A stretch of 64,000 nt of DNA from Armatimonadota bacterium. Its GTDB lineage: Bacteria; Armatimonadota; HRBIN16. The position numbers and the translations under genes are program-made. The stretch's first letter is position 1. Each line of letters begins with the position of its first letter. The stretch is from contig OY781964.1 in NCBI GenBank assembly GCA_963677485.1, positions 1,056,001-1,120,000 on the forward strand. Direction: 5' to 3'. The notes below the pieces were generated by a model. The model made no database searches. It was not told the DNA's origin and was given only the letters and a program-made list of their open reading frames with translations. Below are positions 57,355-64,000 of the stretch, one piece after another.

Positions 57355-58860
57355 TAACCACAAATGGACACGAATGGGAGGTAATATCCACAGATTGCGC
57401 AGACGGCGCAGATTAGGTGGTGATAAGCTGGGAGGCGTCCGGGGCGGTCTTCGAGATCCAACCACAAATGAACACGAATGGACACGAATGCGGCATTGTC
57501 TCACGCGAAGACGCGAAGACGCGAAGGATAATGCAGACACCCTTCATCCGAGAATCTGTGTCGTCTTGGAGTCCGGCAAGGGCACCGTGGCTGGTCACCC
57601 CCGAATCAAACCACCAGCCCCGCCGCGACGGGTTCCATCGCCCCGTGAACGGGGCTCCATCACCCATCGCTAACGATCTAGCAGCCCGCAAGCGGGCGCA
57701 TGGGGAGGCCCACCGCATCCCGAATGCCTGAGTCCGGGGCGGTTTTCCCTAACCGCGCCGGTCTTGCGGATAGCCTACTCAAGCGGTCCTCCCGCCGTGA
57801 CATAAATGTCTCGGTTGTTGACCACCACGACTGCTGAAGCAATCTGAGGCGCCGCAAGGCCGTCCGGACACCCACGAAGTGGGTATGATTCCTTATAGCC
57901 AGGGGTGAGCGAAGCGATACCCCTGGAAAAGGCCGCATAACCCTACCCCCAGACGGGGGTCGAACGTGACCGCAGCCCTGCCCATCCGGGTCCTCTGTGG
58001 TCCTGACAACACCCGTGCCAAACGCCAGCCGGCGAGGCTCAAGACCGGCGCGGTCTTGAGCCAGCTGCAGCCGCTATGTATCCGCCAGACCGCCCCGGAC
58101 ATAGCCAATGTGGTTTCGTGGGAAGGCCCATCCGTAAAATCCGCGGTTCAGACGCGTGTCCGTCGCATCGCGGCACCCCCGCGCCCGCTTGCGGGCAGCT
58201 AGCCAATTAGACGCGCGGTGAGGGAACCCCATTCATGGGGTGACTAAACCCGCGGCACCGCGGCCGGTCACCCCCGAATCAAACCACCAGCCACGCTGCG
58301 ACGGGTTCCATCGCCCCGTGAACGGGGCTCCATCACCCGTCGCTAACGATGTAGCAGCCCGCAAGCGGGCGAGCTGGGCGGCCACCGGAGCGGCCCATAG
58401 GCCTATGTCCGCAGCCGTCCGGACACCCACGAAGTGGGTAAGATTCCTATAGCCAGGGGGGAGCGAAGCGATACCCCTGGAAAAGGCCGCATAACCCTAC
58501 CCCCGGACGGGGGTCGACGTTATCGTAAGCCGGCACACCCGTGTCATTTGTGGTCCTGACATCACCCGTGCCAAACGCCAGCTGGCGACGCAAAAGACCA
58601 GCGCGGTCTTGAGCCATCTGCAGCCGCTATGTATCCGCCAGACCGCCCCGGACTTAGCCAATATGGTCGCCGCGAGAAGGCCCATCCGTGTCATCCGTGG
58701 TTCAGATGAATGTCGTCCGCATCGCTGAACCGCCGCGCCCGCTTGCGGGCAGCCAGCCATCTAGACGCGCGGTGAGAGAACCCCATTTATGGGGTGACTA
58801 AACCCGCGGCACCGTGGCTGGTCGTTGATTTACCGTCTGACCAGCCCCACAGCGACGGCG
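57355..58860. repeat. Second large mosaic repeat cluster with a ~550-bp internal duplication
   Basis: Same modules as 43.4-47.2 kb; GCCGTCCGGACACCCACGAAGTGGGTA at ~57860 and ~58414; AGACGCGCGGTGAG..CCCGCGGCACCG at ~58211 and ~58763. Confidence 0.9.
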
Positions 58861-58884
58861 GAGGGCCCTTCCGCGCAATCCGCA

Positions 58885-61632
58885 TCACCCTACCCTCACC
58901 CGCCGGTTCTTGAACCGCAGCCACATTGAGCCATCGTTCTTCGGCAGAAGCTGCCTGTATGGTGCCATCGCTTCAGGCGTAAACTCGCTCATGACCACCC
59001 AGCACCCCTTGCCTTCGGGTATACGCTCGGAGAGGTCGTGGCCCAACTGCTGTATCCGTAATGGTGCCAGGTGCTGGCTGATGAAGCACACGGCGCCTGC
59101 TTTGACACAACTCTGCAAGGCACCCATGGTTTGTTCTGACAGCTCGACACCACAGGCAAAAATCACGCCCACACCCTTCAGATGCTTCATCCCCACATTG
59201 TGGTCGAAAACCGCCACTGCCGGACTGGGTATGGTGAACCGCCAGATCTGATAGGCATGCGGCGGTGATACGGGCTCGCCGTTGAAGTTCACAGCACGGC
59301 CGTTAAGCACCCCATCGGTCAAAAGCGACCATACCTGCATATGCTCCCGGGTTTTCGGGCTGGAGTGCAAATTCATCGCACCATACAGGCAGTCCCAATA
59401 TTGGCAGCTTGCCTGTCCCCAGTCACTGTCAGGGAAGCGCACGATGGCCACCTCCGGCTGATAGTCGCGGTAGCTATACCCGCGCGGATGCGCCGGGATC
59501 CACTGCGCGATGTGCTCTTTCAACACGCGTCCGTGGCGAGTGAGGGTGTAGCTGCTGCCGTTCTGCGAATACATCTTGGTCGCCGATTCCACGTAGCAAG
59601 TGTCCACACCAGCCAGATGACAGCACCGCATCGCCATCTGCATGTAGCGGGCACTGTGTCCAGGGAGATCAGCATAATACCAAAGATCGGGACTGAACCA
59701 TAACTGTACGTTGTGCTGTATGGCCGCGCCCAGGGCTTCTGCCAGCACCACAGGATGCACATCCTCCTTCAGCAGCTTCGGCGCGAGGGTCATGCCGGAC
59801 TCCGCCATCGGAGGCCACAGCGCAGGAAACACGCTCTCGACCAGCATCTTGGCCCCATACTGCAGGTTACGCTTCACAAGACGGCCCACCGCCTGCTTGA
59901 ATGTAGAGTAAGCATCGTGCAAAGATAACCCCGTCGTCTCCACATAGAACGGCTTGCGGTTGGGCTCCGGAAGCTGGCTATAGCCGTTCCGACTAAGCTG
60001 CATGTGCTCCGATTCGTCGTAAGTGACGCCTTCGAAAACCCTTGTGGCGGCGGCTTTGCGGAGGGTATCCGGGTCCACATCCCAGCGGAAGCAGCCGTCG
60101 GCGGCCTCAAAGCTGTTCTTGCCATTGGTGCTGTTGCTGACCGGGGTGTAGTTCGGCATCTCCACGTTGAATGTGAAGTGGGTGCCGGTCGCCTTGCAGT
60201 AAGCACAGAGGTCATCGGTGATACCCGTCTGTGTCTCCAAGGGCGTGATATGCGCCACCCACAGGTTCAAATCCATCTCGCGATAGCTCCAGAGTATAGC
60301 GGGGTGACGCACCGTCCAGGCGTAGTCGGTCGCGCCAAGCAACTGCTTCCTGCGAGTGTATGGCTTGAGTTTCGGCAGAAGCGAGGAGATGGAGCTTTGG
60401 CCTTTGGGCACGACCGCAAACGCGGCGGTCGCCACGAGGCTTCCCTGATGAGCGGTCGCACGGTATAGCCCCTCCGCGAGCTGCGGCAAGGTAGCTTCCG
60501 CTTGCATCTGGCCCTCTCCGCTGGGCTGACACCGCACGGAGGGCACGGTCACCCGAGCACCGTTCCACTCCTCGATTTCAATCCGAACCCGGTTGTCATC
60601 TAGTGCCTCGAACCCGTGAATTGCGACCGTCAGACCAATCTGCTGACCCTGTTCATACAGCTCACTTCGCCCAGAGGTTTGCAGGCTCAGCAGCTTGCGG
60701 GAAGGCGCAACACCTTCGTCCAGCATATCGTTGACCCGCGCAGGCAGATAGGCCATCCATTCCGGGAATAGAGTAGATTTCGCCAGACGAGGCGTTCCAT
60801 GATCGGTGATGGTCTTCTCGTCACTGGCGGTCTGAGCGAGTTTGACACCCTGTTTGTCTGCGACCGCCAGCTCGCACAACATGCTGCACTCTGGCAGTGA
60901 GTTGAAGTGATAGCTCAACTGCAGTTCTTCTGAGCTCGAATGTAGCTTCGAGGCCACCGATCCCTGCCCGGGAATCACCGACCAGCCCGTCAGCTCCATC
61001 GGCGCGCCGTTGACGCGCACATCCGAAAGGATAAGCCCGCCTTTCGAGCTGACCATGACATCCTTCTGGTCAATGCGCAGTCGGATTTTGCTGACCCTTT
61101 GCCAGTCGAAAGCCTTATTGGGAGCGAACTGCTTTTCGGTGCGGGGGTGAATGCGAAATGACCTCGGCGCACCTGAGGTATCAAACCCAAGATCACTGTG
61201 TCCAGACTCCGGGCAGATATAGCCGCTCAGCCGACCCTCGGCATCGATGAACTGCACATAGACCCACTCAGAGAACCGGATATCGCGCACCGAGAAATCC
61301 AACTGCGTCAGCGATGTGGATGCGGGCAGCGCTTTATCGAGGTAGAGCCAGCAGTTGGCCGTATTGGTCTTCCGGGCATGAACCTCCACCTCAACCGTGT
61401 TCAGGCCAGGCTTCGCGAACTCCATCACCCGCCAGTTGACTCCTTGCCAGTCCTCACTGATGCCCACCGGCTGCCCGTTCAACCACACTCGGTACAGATC
61501 GCTGGCCACCACGCGGAGCATGGCGATATCAAAAGCTGACGGCAGTGGGCCGCTCAGACGGTAGCGAACGCGGGTGATTTCAGGGCGTTCAGCCTGGGTA
61601 GTGACCCACTGCGCCAGCTTTTCATACTGCAT
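58885..61632 (-). CDS. Large hypothetical protein: N-terminal beta-sandwich-like domains plus a C-terminal domain homologous to 22489-24021
   Basis: YRVWLNG..VG, GVTYDESEH, KLLKE, PEVAIVRFPDSDWGQ. Confidence 0.75.
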   Translation of the reverse strand: MQYEKLAQWVTTQAERPEITRVRYRLSGPLPSAFDIAMLRVVASDLYRVWLNGQPVGISEDWQGVNWRVMEFAKPGLNTVEVEVHARKTNTANCWLYLDKALPASTSLTQLDFSVRDIRFSEWVYVQFIDAEGRLSGYICPESGHSDLGFDTSGAPRSFRIHPRTEKQFAPNKAFDWQRVSKIRLRIDQKDVMVSSKGGLILSDVRVNGAPMELTGWSVIPGQGSVASKLHSSSEELQLSYHFNSLPECSMLCELAVADKQGVKLAQTASDEKTITDHGTPRLAKSTLFPEWMAYLPARVNDMLDEGVAPSRKLLSLQTSGRSELYEQGQQIGLTVAIHGFEALDDNRVRIEIEEWNGARVTVPSVRCQPSGEGQMQAEATLPQLAEGLYRATAHQGSLVATAAFAVVPKGQSSISSLLPKLKPYTRRKQLLGATDYAWTVRHPAILWSYREMDLNLWVAHITPLETQTGITDDLCAYCKATGTHFTFNVEMPNYTPVSNSTNGKNSFEAADGCFRWDVDPDTLRKAAATRVFEGVTYDESEHMQLSRNGYSQLPEPNRKPFYVETTGLSLHDAYSTFKQAVGRLVKRNLQYGAKMLVESVFPALWPPMAESGMTLAPKLLKEDVHPVVLAEALGAAIQHNVQLWFSPDLWYYADLPGHSARYMQMAMRCCHLAGVDTCYVESATKMYSQNGSSYTLTRHGRVLKEHIAQWIPAHPRGYSYRDYQPEVAIVRFPDSDWGQASCQYWDCLYGAMNLHSSPKTREHMQVWSLLTDGVLNGRAVNFNGEPVSPPHAYQIWRFTIPSPAVAVFDHNVGMKHLKGVGVIFACGVELSEQTMGALQSCVKAGAVCFISQHLAPLRIQQLGHDLSERIPEGKGCWVVMSEFTPEAMAPYRQLLPKNDGSMWLRFKNRRVRVG

Positions 61633-61646
61633 CGGTTATCAGCCGC

Positions 61647-62435
61647 TCACAACGAGATCAGCCGCTGGGCATTGCGTTGGAAGATATTACGCCGGTCCTC
61701 ATCCGTGATATCGGCGTTCAGCACCGCGCCGATGTAATACCACTCGCTGAACCAGGGGAAGTCGGTGCCATACACAACCTTCTTTGATCCCGCCCCATGC
61801 ACTAAATGATCGAGCACAGAGGATTCGTCCAGCACCGCGGTCAGCTCCATATACACGTTCGGGAACTCATTGGCCAGGCTGATCGCGGTATCCCAGGCAC
61901 CATGCAGCGAGTGGCCCATCAGAATGTTCAGGTTGGGGTATTTCGCCGCCGTCTGGGCAATCAACTCCGCCGTGCTGTAGATATCGGGCGTCCATGTATG
62001 CATGAGCACCGGCAGCCCGCGCGCATTCGCAAATTCGAGCACCGGACGGTAGCGCTCATCATCCAGCCGCACCGCATGATAGGCAGACAGGAACTTGAAG
62101 CCCACGAACACATCCGAATACTGATCGTAGCGCTCAAGATCACGGGCGACCGCTTCCGGGTAGTTGGGGTTGATGCCGCAATAGCAGCGTATCCGCTCGG
62201 GATACTTCCGTGCGATCTCGATATTGGGTGCATTGCCGGTATCTGGACTGAACAGGCTGGTATGGTGACACATCACCAGCAGCTTCACACCAGATCGGTT
62301 CAGGTAGTCCACAGCGGGCTGCTCCTCGGCCATGGGCATGTGCAGCCCGTATTCGGGCCCCCAATGGCCATGCAGGTCGTAGATCGGGCAGTCCTCCACC
62401 GCGGCGTTATCTCGGAATTGCTGCAACAGGCTCAT
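61647..62435 (-). CDS. Amidohydrolase_2 family protein
   Basis: DLHGH, GFK, PVLMHT, MGH, YGTDFP. Confidence 0.9.
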   Translation of the reverse strand: MSLLQQFRDNAAVEDCPIYDLHGHWGPEYGLHMPMAEEQPAVDYLNRSGVKLLVMCHHTSLFSPDTGNAPNIEIARKYPERIRCYCGINPNYPEAVARDLERYDQYSDVFVGFKFLSAYHAVRLDDERYRPVLEFANARGLPVLMHTWTPDIYSTAELIAQTAAKYPNLNILMGHSLHGAWDTAISLANEFPNVYMELTAVLDESSVLDHLVHGAGSKKVVYGTDFPWFSEWYYIGAVLNADITDEDRRNIFQRNAQRLISL

Positions 62436-63181
62436 AACTGCTCCTCCTCTATCACGCGCTGCATGTTTCCGTAAGCGATGAGTTGCCGGTCAGTCTCAGT
62501 GATAGCGGAGTGCCGCAGGTCCAGCGAAGCCGCCTCGGGATATCGGGCCGGATAACCGCTGCCGAACACAAACCGCTGAGCCCCATACCGCTTCACTCCG
62601 TCTTCAATGGCGGAGGCGGTGATGGAATACATACTGGTGTCCACCATCACGCGAGGATATTTTTCTAGCAGCGGGTAGATGAAGCGGCTTTGGCTCCACA
62701 CCCCTGTGTCACACACGATGCAGGTGAGCTCGGGGTAATCGGCCATCAACGTGTAGACGGTGTTCCAACTTGAGCCGTAGGCCAACGAGATCATCAGAGG
62801 AATCCCACGCTGAGAGAGCTCGTCGAGGAACCCGCCAAATACCACGCGGTTCAATAGATAGAAGTGCTGTTCCGGCATGGCGCGTAGGGCCACTATACGC
62901 TCCGCGGCCATCTTCTCAAAAAAGCGGTCGCAGATCACCTCGTCGGTCTGTGGCGGCAGGATGCTCCAACAGCCCAGCAGACGGTCACAACCGGCGAGCG
63001 CCTCGCTGATCAGCGCGTTCCCCGCCTGCGTGGAGCTGTCGTGCTGGGCGATATGCCATGCCAGCCCCTTCTCGATACCGGCATCATCCATCATATGCAG
63101 AATGTCTTCGCGGCTGATGCCTGGCTCAGGCAGCCCCCGGACCGGTTTGCCAAGACAGATATTCACATCGAACAGTTTCAA
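62432..63181 (-). CDS. Amidohydrolase-fold protein with degenerate metal ligands
   Basis: DVNICLG in place of DxHxH; FGSGYP; IAYGN.QR. Confidence 0.8.
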   Translation of the reverse strand: MKLFDVNICLGKPVRGLPEPGISREDILHMMDDAGIEKGLAWHIAQHDSSTQAGNALISEALAGCDRLLGCWSILPPQTDEVICDRFFEKMAAERIVALRAMPEQHFYLLNRVVFGGFLDELSQRGIPLMISLAYGSSWNTVYTLMADYPELTCIVCDTGVWSQSRFIYPLLEKYPRVMVDTSMYSITASAIEDGVKRYGAQRFVFGSGYPARYPEAASLDLRHSAITETDRQLIAYGNMQRVIEEEQL

Positions 63182-63219
63182 TGGTTCGCCTCCATGGCTA
63201 GATAATCTATGAGTTTCGG

Positions 63220-63999
63220 TTATTCAATTAGTGCGGCCTGGTCTGTGAGCATCCTCACAAGCAGATCCTCGTTCAGCCTGTAGGCCGGATGGAAGTCGCT
63301 GCCCGCCACATATGCCAGCAGGCTATGACGAAGCTGCCTGGCGGCAGGGCGGCGCTCCGCATCTGTCTCCAGATCCATGGCACACACCAGTAGCTGTCCC
63401 GCACCCACACGGGTTTCGAAGATCACACCAAGCTTTGAGTTTCGGTCGTAGTTGTCAATCACCTGCGCAATCGGGCGGTAGTCTGGCGGTGTTTCGTCCA
63501 GTATGACAGCTTTGGACCGGTTGGCCACATCACCTGCGCCACGTTCCCAGGTCTCGTATACCGATGGCGGCGCACCCGCGACACGGAAGGAGTCGGCAGC
63601 CGAGAACCGCCCCAGCAAGTCGGCCCACTGCCAGTCGCTGTGGGATTCGGTGGGGAACTGCGCCAGGGCCGGGTGTTTTGGGTTACAGAGTATGCCCAGG
63701 GTGCCGGTCTGGTTGAACAGGCGCAGGTTCCAGAAAGTCGGCATGAAGCTGCCCGGAACCGCGTTCCTACCGGGTGCCACTGGCTGAAATCGACGCATCG
63801 AATCGGGACCAAGCATCGCCTGAACCGGCTTGATCACACCTTCTCGCGGGGAGGAGAACAGCAGCACCCGTTCACCTGCTGCCAAAGCCTGACGGGTCGC
63901 GGCGTCATAGGCATACGCGACCCGAACCCCGGTTGGCGGTGCGGGTAAGAGCTTGGGATAGACCCAGATGTTCCACGAATTCGATGTTCCTGCCAGCCT
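63220..63999 (-). CDS. C-terminal part of a large GH2-like glycoside hydrolase, truncated by window edge
   Basis: FWN..GTLGIL..PKHPAL..FPT..HSDWQW, PI.QVIDN..RN.KLG..FE, ARQLR.SLL.Y; family assignment from recalled similarity only. Confidence 0.65.
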   Translation of the reverse strand, partial: RLAGTSNSWNIWVYPKLLPAPPTGVRVAYAYDAATRQALAAGERVLLFSSPREGVIKPVQAMLGPDSMRRFQPVAPGRNAVPGSFMPTFWNLRLFNQTGTLGILCNPKHPALAQFPTESHSDWQWADLLGRFSAADSFRVAGAPPSVYETWERGAGDVANRSKAVILDETPPDYRPIAQVIDNYDRNSKLGVIFETRVGAGQLLVCAMDLETDAERRPAARQLRHSLLAYVAGSDFHPAYRLNEDLLVRMLTDQAALIE

Positions 64000-64000
64000 A

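Noticed and set aside
1-64000. tRNA, rRNA or riboswitch
   Set aside because: None recognised by eye; tRNAscan-SE and Infernal/Rfam would be needed to exclude them.

Overview
Bacterial chromosomal window, about 55-60% GC by eye. It is probably Armatimonadota- or PVC-like, inferred from H-X9-DG-type pseudopilins and glycan-use genes. Housekeeping blocks: hemL-hemE-hemY-panB-panC-kinase-rarA::pepV, cydAB-hemH, nfnAB, split feoB plus feoA, and uxaE-uxuB. A carbohydrate locus carries tandem GH20-LamG paralogs, AraC, an unassigned GH-like protein and a CE7 esterase. A low-GC defence island holds type I RM with fused HsdM-S, DUF3644/HEPN, DUF2513, and a direct-repeat-flanked cassette of a small ORF plus a SAMHD1-like HD gene. 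Intergenic DNA is full of modular palindromic repeats, including a ~470-bp tandem array. The strongest signals are two unrelated IS110 elements that both landed in these repeats. For the first (10324-12137), the ends, CT core, circle-junction promoter and a bridge-RNA-like region with target and donor guides can be read from the sequence. The second (44543-46362) has a 5-nt ACAAG core and an apparently different upstream RNA architecture. No rRNA, tRNA or CRISPR array was seen. All calls are by eye; no searches were run.
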